A DNA stretch of 64,000 bases, taken from the IMG/VR virus record IMGVR_UViG_3300048502_000073, one strand, 5' to 3'. Numbering within the stretch: the first letter of the stretch is position 1; the number at the start of each line of letters is the position of its first letter. The notes under the pieces were generated by a model. The model searched no databases and was not told where the DNA came from. It saw only the letters and a list, made by a program, of their open reading frames with translations. A program made the position numbers and the translations under genes. Below are positions 55,782 to 64,000 of the stretch, in pieces. This DNA comes from an uncultured virus (IMG/VR IMGVR_UViG_3300048502_000073) (lineage: Duplodnaviria > Heunggongvirae > Uroviricota > Caudoviricetes).

Positions 55782-56354
55782 ATGGCAACCCTGACCCTGA
55801 CCACCAGCCAAGAAGAAATCATCGGATACGCCCTGCGTCTTGCGATTCGGGACCAGAAAGCCAAGCTGGATGCGCTGTTGACGATGGGATCACAAGCCAT
55901 CGGCAAGACATTCGTGGCGCAGGTTGACGGCCTTTATGCGCGAATTGCTCAGTTGGAAGACGCCTACAACGCGCTTCCGGTAGAAGCCTGATGGCAACGA
56001 CGCTGGAATACCTGCAATCAATCGTGGCAACCGCAGTCCAGGCGCAGCAGGCGCTAGAGCGCGGCGACCACGATGCGACGCTAGACCTGTCGGGCAGTAT
56101 CAGGGATGACCTGGATGCCGCCGAAAAGCAGGTAACTGAAAAACTCTAAACGGAGAAATGATGCCATGGATATCAAGAAGGGCCAGATCGTTCGTTTGAA
56201 AGGCGAATATCTTACTCCCAGCGAAAATAACGCCCTGCATGTCGCGATTGAAGATTCATTCGATGGCGTAGTCAGGGTCGAACCTGTCGAATTTGCCTAT
56301 AATTTCAAGCCGATCAACGACTGGAGCACGGCTTGGGTCGAGGTTGTGCAGTGA
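55782..56354 (+). CDS. Three small early genes (55782-55991; 55991-56149; 56166-56354)
   Basis: ACGGAG RBSs; tight packing. Confidence 0.6.
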
Positions 56355-56980
56355 TCGCTGCCCTCTATATCGAGGCCGGCGGCTGTTACTCTGGACTGCC
56401 CGGAGTTGACCCCTGGGACGCGGTGCGAGATGCCAGATTATATGCCGGCCCGCACCCGGTTGTGGCTCATCCGCCATGCCAGCGTTGGGGGCGATTCTGG
56501 CACGGAAGTCCGCGGAAACCGCACCAGTTTACGATCGGCGATGATGGCGGTTGCTTCGCCGCAGCGCTGGCCTCGGTGCGCGCCTGGGGTGGTGTGCTTG
56601 AACATCCCGCCGACAGCTTGGCATGGCGCCACCACGGTTTGACGCGGCCACCGCGCTCTGGCGGCTGGCATGTGGCTGACCTTGAGGGCGGTTGGACTTG
56701 CTACGTCGAGCAGGGTTTCTACGGCCACGCGGCACGCAAGGGCACATGGCTCTACGCCCATGGGGTCGATTTGCCATCGCTACGCTGGGGCAAGGGTGAA
56801 CAGCGCCTCGATCCCGTGATGGTCGAGCGCTACGGTTACGAATATGCCCGGCGAAAAGGTCTGGTCTCGATGGTCGGTGGCAAGCGCAAGACCGAGATCA
56901 GGAACGCCACACCGATCGAGTTTCGAGACTTGCTTTTATCAATCGCGCGGACGGCCGAAAATCGGTCGATAGCGGCATAG
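56351..56980 (+). CDS. Conserved phage protein, C5-cytosine methyltransferase-like
   Basis: VVAHPPC, VLEHP, Q..YGH.ARK.TWLY and R.ATP..F pattern. Confidence 0.55.
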   Translation: MIAALYIEAGGCYSGLPGVDPWDAVRDARLYAGPHPVVAHPPCQRWGRFWHGSPRKPHQFTIGDDGGCFAAALASVRAWGGVLEHPADSLAWRHHGLTRPPRSGGWHVADLEGGWTCYVEQGFYGHAARKGTWLYAHGVDLPSLRWGKGEQRLDPVMVERYGYEYARRKGLVSMVGGKRKTEIRNATPIEFRDLLLSIARTAENRSIAA

Positions 56981-57024
56981 CAAGAGAAATTTGCGCGCCA
57001 ATCAACATAGCTCAAACGGAGGCG

Positions 57025-57315
57025 ATGATGGACTGCCCGCCTAACATCCACACTTGCATTGACGTGTTGAGCACCGCAGTCGTTGAGCGGTCCACTGCGG
57101 TAGACATGCCGATATGCTTGGGAACGTGGATGCCTATTTCGACAGAAGGAAACAATGTGGGAGCGGGCAGCTACGGCGAAGTCTTTTTGGTCAGGGCGAC
57201 GCGTGATGGCGTCGTTGCTTCTGTCATGCTTGGCGGTCAACTGGTGGCAATTATCCGCCCGCCTGATGTGCGGGCGTGGCAGTGCGCCGCTGACCGGCCC
57301 GAAACTACATCTTAA
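57025..57315 (+). CDS. Hypothetical protein
   Basis: ACGGAGG RBS. Confidence 0.5.
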   Translation: MMDCPPNIHTCIDVLSTAVVERSTAVDMPICLGTWMPISTEGNNVGAGSYGEVFLVRATRDGVVASVMLGGQLVAIIRPPDVRAWQCAADRPETTS

Positions 57316-57325
57316 ACGGAGGTAA

Positions 57326-57442
57326 ATGATGACCTGGATCATATGGATCGCGTTCGCGATCGTTATCGGTCTCCCCGCGCTATTCGCGATCCCGATGTGG
57401 ATTTTGGCATCCGTCGCCTTCCATCCGGTCGGGAAAAAATGA
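57326..57442 (+). CDS. Small membrane peptide (38 aa; not in ORF track) containing repeat copy 2
   Basis: GGAGG RBS; MMTWIIWIAFAIVIGLPALFAIPMWILASVAFHPVGKK; ATGA overlap with the next gene. Confidence 0.65.
   Translation: MMTWIIWIAFAIVIGLPALFAIPMWILASVAFHPVGKK
57385..57432 (+). repeat. 48-bp exact direct repeat, copy 2
   Basis: Identical to 42483-42530. Confidence 0.95.
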
Positions 57443-57765
57443 CAGATAAAGAAGCTCAAGAGTGGGTTAGGCGCGACTGCGAATGGTTAGCGACCAAAGA
57501 TGGGAGCAAATACATTAGCGAACAGGTCGGCTGCCCTCGCTGCCATGGCGGAGGTGACAGGCCAGACAAGGCGTGCTGGCTCTGCGAGCCGGTCATCACC
57601 ACCCGCAAGGGCCGCAAGCGGTGGCGCGAGCGCGCATCCATCATTCTTCTTACGCCAACCGTGGCAGCGATCGTGGCCATATGGGCGGGCTATCCGGCGC
57701 TTGGCGTCGGCATGGCGTTGGGCAATCTTATAGGCACGGTCGTGCTCGAGGTGGTGCGGCCGTGA
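57439..57765 (+). CDS. Zn-finger plus membrane protein
   Basis: CPRC...CWLC followed by two hydrophobic segments. Confidence 0.55.
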   Translation: MTDKEAQEWVRRDCEWLATKDGSKYISEQVGCPRCHGGGDRPDKACWLCEPVITTRKGRKRWRERASIILLTPTVAAIVAIWAGYPALGVGMALGNLIGTVVLEVVRP

Positions 57766-58244
57766 GCAACAGCCGCTATGTGCTGGCCAAAGCGGTATGC
57801 GAGGCGGTCGGTAGGCACTTGGCCCGGAACGCTGAGCGTGAGCGATCTGCAGAGGACCGGTGGCGGCGCGTTTCACATCTGGAAATGGTCATGCGTGAGT
57901 GCTGCGATGCGATCAGAGACAATGACGACATGGGTGCGCTGCGAATGCTGGAAATCGCTTTGAAGGAACAAGCCCCGGCCCACGTCGATTCCACCTTGGG
58001 TGACGTGCGGAACGCATTCGAAGCGTGGGATGCGGACCGGAAGCCACGGATCAAGAACGGCCCCACCGCGAGGGCTGCTGCTGACCCCGCGCTCCGGGCA
58101 ATCGCGGCCGACATGAGCCTAACATCGAAGCAGGCGGCTGCGATTTGGGGATGTCACTACAACACCATCCGCGCGGTGCGTCGGGCCTTGCGGGAGAGCA
58201 AGGGGCTCCAGGCAAAAAAAAACCGGCGTGTGACCGCCGGTTAG
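57762..58244 (+). CDS. Hypothetical protein with C-terminal HTH
   Basis: TSKQAAAIWGCHYNTIRAVRR; GTG start. Confidence 0.55.
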   Translation: MSNSRYVLAKAVCEAVGRHLARNAERERSAEDRWRRVSHLEMVMRECCDAIRDNDDMGALRMLEIALKEQAPAHVDSTLGDVRNAFEAWDADRKPRIKNGPTARAAADPALRAIAADMSLTSKQAAAIWGCHYNTIRAVRRALRESKGLQAKKNRRVTAG

Positions 58245-58319
58245 TTTAAAAAGGGGGAGGAAACCAAAACACAAGTCCACTTGCGACCCCAAAATAGCTT
58301 TAATGGGACGCAAGGCGCA

Positions 58320-60095
58320 ATGAGCTTATCGCGGCGAAACGCACTTTTGGGCGCCGTCTCCGGTTTGGCGGCATCGCAGGCACTCGCCCAACCAGCGCCC
58401 CCCTACATAGCCCCAGGTTCCAACTCCTACGTCACCACGACGGGCGCCCTGACGGCGCGGACTCTGGCGAACCGGTTCGGCACACCGTTCAACATTATGG
58501 ATTTCGGAGCGCCGAACAACGGGGGCAGCAACCCCGCGTCGGGCCGCTATGCGTCGCTCGGGGCACTCCAGGCTGCAATCGCGACCGTGACAGGCGGTGG
58601 CGGCACGACGCTGCAGGGCGTGACCGTTGCCACGACCATGGAGCTGGATTGGATCGCTTACGGCTTGGCGCTCTATAAGGCATCGGTCTACGGCGGCGTG
58701 ATCTACATGCCATCGGGCGCCGGCTACCAGTTCACCAACTCGAACTCGGTCAGCGACGGCAGCGGCACGCTAACCCTCCCGGCGACCACCACCATCAGCT
58801 ACAGCGACGGCGTGTCGATCCTGGGCGACTGGCCTGGCAGCGTCCTGAACTGGCCGAATGATCTCGGAAGCGGCGTGGCCGCGATCACGTGCGGCGGGCG
58901 CGGCAGCGCGGGCGGGACGGGCGGATCGTCGGGCGGGTTCATCGTCGGCATCACGATGGTGGGTCCCGGTGTGGGCGGCACGTATGGGTCTTCATCCTCC
59001 AACATGCAGGGACTTGCGACGAATGATCGCCGTGTGCTGGAAAAGTGCAATATCAACGGGTTCAAGCAAGCCATTAACGTCGTCGGCGGCCAAACATCCT
59101 GGCGGGACCTGTTCTTGCAGGGTTACTACGGGATGTATTGGGACTATTACAACACGAGCAACTTCGGCGACATGCACATCGAGCGCGTGGTCGTGGGGAC
59201 GTGTCTGCTCGCGGCGCTGGCGGTCAACTACCAGTGGGCACTTTCGAACATCGTGTTCACGAAGTGCTTTTTGGGGACCGCGCCATTCTCCTGCTACAAA
59301 GAGACGAACGGCGGGTCCGGCGCTCACTACACATCGGTGATCTTCAGCGGCGTCGAGCAGGACGAATGCCAGTATGAGAACATCGGCCAGGGGATGATCG
59401 CCGACGACCAGGCGTCCACCACGCCGCTCGTCCAGGTCTACAACTGCATTTTCCGCCATCCCCAGTTCTCGTGGAACTCAGGCATCAAGGTTGCTGGTGC
59501 GAGCGCGTATGCCGTCATGTCCCTCGGATCGGCGAACGGCCTTCTGTTGGACGGCATCGACAACCCCGAAGGATGGTTCCCTGGGACGATCTCGATGTTC
59601 CGCATCGGCGGCAACCTGGGCTTCGATCTCCGCGGCGACGTGGGGCTCATGCTGACGAACTGCACGAATGCGGTGTCCCCCCAGGTCAACGTGTTCGCCT
59701 CCGGGGACTGGGACTATTACAGCTCCCGACTCGAGCAGTATGGGGGCGACAGCACAGGGCACTGGATTGGCAAGGTGGTCGACGCGGGGAGCCTGCCCAG
59801 CGTCGGCAACGTCATGGTCTACAGCGGCGGCCAGAACGTCGCGGTCAGCACGGGCAGCGGAACGGAGCAAGTCGCCGGCGTGGCCATGTATGTGCCGGGA
59901 AGCGGAAACTTCATCGTGATCGCTTATGAGGGACCGGTCCTGGTGACCACGACCGGCACGCCGACCGCCGACCTCGGATTCCACACCGCAGCGTCGGGGA
60001 ATGCCTCCACCGCAAACACGAGCAATTCCTACGTGGGCGTTGCCATAAGCTCTGGCTCGGGCGGCTGGAATGCTCTCCTGAGTTTGCCGCACTGA
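58320..60095 (+). CDS. Tat-signal tailspike-like beta-helix protein
   Basis: MSLSRRNALLGAVSGLAASQALA twin-arginine signal; TARTLANRFGTPFNIMDFGA neck motif; C-terminal VAGVA...GPV domain resembling capsid cement proteins. Confidence 0.72.
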   Translation: MSLSRRNALLGAVSGLAASQALAQPAPPYIAPGSNSYVTTTGALTARTLANRFGTPFNIMDFGAPNNGGSNPASGRYASLGALQAAIATVTGGGGTTLQGVTVATTMELDWIAYGLALYKASVYGGVIYMPSGAGYQFTNSNSVSDGSGTLTLPATTTISYSDGVSILGDWPGSVLNWPNDLGSGVAAITCGGRGSAGGTGGSSGGFIVGITMVGPGVGGTYGSSSSNMQGLATNDRRVLEKCNINGFKQAINVVGGQTSWRDLFLQGYYGMYWDYYNTSNFGDMHIERVVVGTCLLAALAVNYQWALSNIVFTKCFLGTAPFSCYKETNGGSGAHYTSVIFSGVEQDECQYENIGQGMIADDQASTTPLVQVYNCIFRHPQFSWNSGIKVAGASAYAVMSLGSANGLLLDGIDNPEGWFPGTISMFRIGGNLGFDLRGDVGLMLTNCTNAVSPQVNVFASGDWDYYSSRLEQYGGDSTGHWIGKVVDAGSLPSVGNVMVYSGGQNVAVSTGSGTEQVAGVAMYVPGSGNFIVIAYEGPVLVTTTGTPTADLGFHTAASGNASTANTSNSYVGVAISSGSGGWNALLSLPH

Positions 60096-60520
60096 TGCGC
60101 GCGTTCCTGACCCTTCTGCTGCTCCTGCCGTTCGCGGCGAGCGCGCAGAACTACGCCCTCGTGCCGCAATCGAGCCTCATGCTCGAGGGCAGTCACGTCT
60201 TCTGCCAGGGCACGTGCAAGCTCTACTCAGCGTCCATCACGACCGGCGGGGTGGGCGGGTTCTTCATGATCTTCGATGCCCCCTCGGACCCGCCGAACGG
60301 CGCCCTTGTGCAGCCCGTGCCCGGTGCCCGCCAGGCCGCGCCGAAATACTGCTTCCCGTTCCCGGCCAACTTCGGCCAGGGATATAGCTGGTCCGGACTC
60401 GGGGCGCCGAACAACGGGGCGCTGTTCCAAACGGGCCTTGTGCTGGTGTTCTCGGTCGGTGCGGACTGCATGCACAAGACAGAAAGCGCCACGGCAAACT
60501 TCACCGTCCAAACCCAGTGA
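60095..60520 (+). CDS. Small secreted beta-sandwich (decoration-like) protein
   Basis: Signal MRAFLTLLLLLPFAASA; FMIFDA...F.TGLVLVFS; two Cys pairs. Confidence 0.7.
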   Translation: MRAFLTLLLLLPFAASAQNYALVPQSSLMLEGSHVFCQGTCKLYSASITTGGVGGFFMIFDAPSDPPNGALVQPVPGARQAAPKYCFPFPANFGQGYSWSGLGAPNNGALFQTGLVLVFSVGADCMHKTESATANFTVQTQ

Positions 60521-63500
60521 AGAGGCTTCTCTTCGCGCTGGCGTTCCTGCTGCTGGGCGCGACCGCGCACGCGCAACTGGTCATACCGCTTACGCCAGTC
60601 GTGCCGTCGTCAGGCGGAGGCTGCTCGCATAACTGCACGTTCACGGGCATCACGACGACCGCGGGGATTGACGATACCGTCGGCATCAACACACCGTCGA
60701 TCGGCGCGCTATCGCCGGGAACCGGCGTGTTTACGACGCTCCAGTCGAACGGCGAACTGAAGCTGGGCGACGGGGCTTTCCTAAATTCGGGCACCGTGCC
60801 CGGGTTGCTCTACTTCGCAGGACTCACGGGGCCGGCGCTCACGGGCGCCCAGGCAGACGCCAATCTGATCTTCTGCACATCAGACGCTTTGACCAGCAGT
60901 GGCGGCGCGTCCTGCTTCAACATTCTGCACAACTACGGCGGCGGAACGCTGACGGGGGGCAGGAATACCTTCCAGATCAAGAGCACGCTCACCGCCCAGA
61001 GCGGCCAGACCAACGGCAACTATACCGGTCTCCAGGTCTACACGTCGGCGGACGCAAACGACAACGGCACGTCCGGGACCCCGAGCGGCGCGTTCTGGGG
61101 CGAGAACATCATCGTCAAGGGATACACGCCGGCATCGGGTAGCAGCTACTACAACGCTGTCACGGGCAACGAGTATGATATCGGGTGCCAGACAAACGTC
61201 ACGTGTCAGCAGAAGTTTGGCGTCTATGTCCTGGACACGTTCGATGACGCCAATGCCGCGACCATCGGGGCCGTCGCGTTCGATGTCGCGGCGCAGACAC
61301 CGTCCAACGCACCGGGCTGGGATTGCGCGTTCTGCCTCGGTTACTCGGCGGGGGACTGGCCGTTCCTGAGCGGAGCCGGCATCGCCTACGGCGCGTTCCA
61401 GAACAAGGCAGGCGTCAGCCCGAACGGACTCGTCCCGAACCGCGGCCTAACCACGACGTTCGACGCGACGACCATGCGGCCGACCAAGTGGCAGTTCGCT
61501 GGGTCTGGATTCGATGTCAGCCCAACCGGGACGGTCTACGTGGGAACGGGCGCCATCGCCCCGACATCCACCGGCATGTCGATCGACGTGACCACCCAGA
61601 GCCAGGTCAGCGCCGTGGCGGTCGCGACTGGCGGGGCCAACTACACGACCAGCGACTACGTCTACGGCCCCAACGGCGGCGTCTACCACGTCACCGGGCT
61701 CGGTGCCGGGAACGCGGTCACGTCCCTGTCGATCATCTCGCCGGACGTTTACCCGGTGGGATCGACGCCATCCAACCCGGTGACCCTGCGCTATGGCATG
61801 GGCAACCAGAACCTGACGGTCAACTTCACCTGGACCGCCGGGACAATACTCGCGATTGCAAACCCAACGATTACCGCCGGCACTATGACGGGAACGGATG
61901 CCTCAGCGGCGAATGTGACAGCGACAGCAAGCACCACGGCGCGGACGCTGGCGGTTCGTGCGGCCAATGTCATTAACGTCAAAGACTTTGGTGCGGTGTG
62001 CGACGGAACAACGGACGATTCTTCGCATATCGCAGCGGCACTAACACAAGTGGCCGCCGGAAACGTGACGACCGTATATTTCCCGCCATCGGCAACAGCC
62101 TGCATGTCAAGCGCGGCGCTTACGGTTCCATCAGGGACGACGCTTTGGGCTTATCCGGGAACAGCAACGCTTCAAATGGCGGCAGGGAGCACGGCTAACC
62201 CAGGATTGCTAAGTATCGCCAACGTATCAAATGTCTTGGTATATGGCTTGATCCTGGACGGAAATTTGGCCGGCGTGCCTGCGGGCAACAATGTTAACAC
62301 TGTGTTCCAATCATCGAACGTGGTGTTTGACCACGTGACGGTTCAGAATACGCGCGGGATTGGCGCAGTTTTCTCAACTCAGATCGTTAATTCCGGCATC
62401 CGTGATAGCTCGTTCACGAACGTCGGGAACTATTGGATAACGAGCGGGTCAAATGCGGATCAACAGCAGGGCGTGGTGTTCTGCTGCGGGACGCTGGCCA
62501 ATAACCACGACAATTTTGTCACGGGCTCGCAATTCACTTCTACGGGCCTTGACGCTATTTCGATCGCATCGCAGGCTAATTTCGTGGCGAGTGCCAATCG
62601 GTTTAAGAGCGTGGGTGGGCGGTATACGAACGGCGGCGCGGCGATCTACGCGGCAAACAACAGTTCCGCAGTGATCGGCCAAAACTCCGTTAACGGGGCG
62701 TATGGGAACGGAATCGACGTCATCGCGACTCCACTCGCGACTATCGTTCATAACGATGTGCAGTTCGCGGGCGGCGCTGGTATCAGCTACGCGCAAGGTT
62801 CTTGGTCGTCAATCGTCGGAAACGTGTCGTGCAACAATAACCAGGGTGCCGGGGCGAGCGCCCTTCAGGCGGGAATTTCGCTCAACGGAAACACGACGGC
62901 GGTTACAGAAACGACGGTGGCCGGCAACACAGTCTGCGATACGCAGGGGTCACCGACGCAAACGTGGGGCATACAAGAAGTCACGAGTGGAACCTATACG
63001 AACGTCTGGATCGATCAAAGCAACACTCCTGACGGGAATGTGTCCGGGCCATTCGGTCAAGCGCTTTCGGCATATACGCCGCTGAAGGTGGGAACAACGG
63101 TCGGCGGCATCGCGCAGACGGGCACTACCCCGAATCAGGGCGTTGCGCTCCTCCCTACCGGGACCGGGGCAATAATGGGTGCGGTGCCGAACGCCGCACC
63201 ATCTGGCGGCAACGCTCGCGGGTCTGGCGCGATTGATTTGCAGTTAAGCCGAACGGCGGCCACACAGGTGGCATCCGGGCTTGACGCCGTTTTGATCGGT
63301 GGGGCAAACAGCACGGGGATTGGCGCAAATTCCGTAACGCTGTGCGCGCAATGGTGCTTAAACACCGGAGCAAACGGGCTGGCGTTTGGCTCGTTCGCTA
63401 ATACTGAATTTCGCAATTCAGGATTTTCGTTCGCGTCAGGGCAGTTTGCGGGGCAGGGTGACAGTCAATTAGCGATACAACCTCTGCGGGCGACAACAAC

Positions 63501-63879
63501 GGGGACTGGCGCGGTCCAGTTGACATCGACTGGCGGCGGCGATCCGAACAACACGAATATTATGAATGTGGGCATTGCAAACATATCTATAAACCACGCG
63601 GTCGGCGGCACGTTCGTTGTTACAGCGCGCAGCGCAGCGCCAGACGTTAAAGTGTGGACATGCACTTGGGGCATAAACGGCGGCGCGACAGCGTCTACCG
63701 TTACTCTGGTGTCGGGGTCGGCGTGCACATCTTCCGTTGCCACGACGGGCGCCTCAACTTGGGCGCTGACGATCGCGGCAGACAACACGAACGGCGGCGT
63801 TAATCTGGCCGGTGCCGGGGCCGCTGCGACGACGGTTCATTGGACTGCGGTTCCCTACGCGACAGAAACGGGGAACTGA
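60517..63879 (+). CDS. Signal-peptide-bearing multidomain tailspike-like protein
   Basis: Signal MKRLLFALAFLLLGATAHA; TARTLAVRAANVINVKDFGAVCDGTTDDS...VYFPP beta-helix; GNARGSGAIDLQ C-terminal fibre domain. Confidence 0.8.
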   Translation: MKRLLFALAFLLLGATAHAQLVIPLTPVVPSSGGGCSHNCTFTGITTTAGIDDTVGINTPSIGALSPGTGVFTTLQSNGELKLGDGAFLNSGTVPGLLYFAGLTGPALTGAQADANLIFCTSDALTSSGGASCFNILHNYGGGTLTGGRNTFQIKSTLTAQSGQTNGNYTGLQVYTSADANDNGTSGTPSGAFWGENIIVKGYTPASGSSYYNAVTGNEYDIGCQTNVTCQQKFGVYVLDTFDDANAATIGAVAFDVAAQTPSNAPGWDCAFCLGYSAGDWPFLSGAGIAYGAFQNKAGVSPNGLVPNRGLTTTFDATTMRPTKWQFAGSGFDVSPTGTVYVGTGAIAPTSTGMSIDVTTQSQVSAVAVATGGANYTTSDYVYGPNGGVYHVTGLGAGNAVTSLSIISPDVYPVGSTPSNPVTLRYGMGNQNLTVNFTWTAGTILAIANPTITAGTMTGTDASAANVTATASTTARTLAVRAANVINVKDFGAVCDGTTDDSSHIAAALTQVAAGNVTTVYFPPSATACMSSAALTVPSGTTLWAYPGTATLQMAAGSTANPGLLSIANVSNVLVYGLILDGNLAGVPAGNNVNTVFQSSNVVFDHVTVQNTRGIGAVFSTQIVNSGIRDSSFTNVGNYWITSGSNADQQQGVVFCCGTLANNHDNFVTGSQFTSTGLDAISIASQANFVASANRFKSVGGRYTNGGAAIYAANNSSAVIGQNSVNGAYGNGIDVIATPLATIVHNDVQFAGGAGISYAQGSWSSIVGNVSCNNNQGAGASALQAGISLNGNTTAVTETTVAGNTVCDTQGSPTQTWGIQEVTSGTYTNVWIDQSNTPDGNVSGPFGQALSAYTPLKVGTTVGGIAQTGTTPNQGVALLPTGTGAIMGAVPNAAPSGGNARGSGAIDLQLSRTAATQVASGLDAVLIGGANSTGIGANSVTLCAQWCLNTGANGLAFGSFANTEFRNSGFSFASGQFAGQGDSQLAIQPLRATTTGTGAVQLTSTGGGDPNNTNIMNVGIANISINHAVGGTFVVTARSAAPDVKVWTCTWGINGGATASTVTLVSGSACTSSVATTGASTWALTIAADNTNGGVNLAGAGAAATTVHWTAVPYATETGN

Positions 63880-64000
63880 ACCCCGGCCGGGCGGCTGGCG
63901 GTCATTCCCGCTCGCAATCCATCAGGACGAAAACGGAATCCGCGACAACGGCCCTCCCGCGCAACAGAACCTGACGCGTTGCCCCGTCGCACGTAACGTT

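Overview
The window is essentially one GC-rich tailed-phage (or prophage) genome of podovirus type. The host is most likely an alphaproteobacterium, inferred from a phage-encoded GcrA homologue and the promoter style. A long minus-strand late region (about 4.9-43.5 kb) encodes TerL, portal, scaffold, major capsid, two paralogous head-tail adaptors, nozzle, tailspike, DNA-ejection proteins (one with a lytic transglycosylase motif) and modifying enzymes (GT9-like/TPR, GT25, sulfotransferase-like, GNAT-like). Early functions include ERF plus YqaJ recombination genes, an SNF2-type helicase, methyltransferase(s), a VirE/VapE helicase with an iteron cluster, and many small regulators. No integrase, endolysin, tRNA, CRISPR array or reverse transcriptase was recognised. 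Most striking: (1) eight fibre/spike/hydrolase/decoration-like proteins (about 18 kb) all carry Sec or Tat signal peptides, and one shares its N-terminal domain with the signal-less tailspike, suggesting exported virion appendages; (2) a dif-like XerC/D site in an integrase-less genome; (3) an exact 48-bp direct repeat bracketing the 14.9-kb replication region; (4) a shared operator in three promoters and two paralogous promoter-cargo-HTH cassettes. All family calls are motif-level pattern recognition; no database searches were run.
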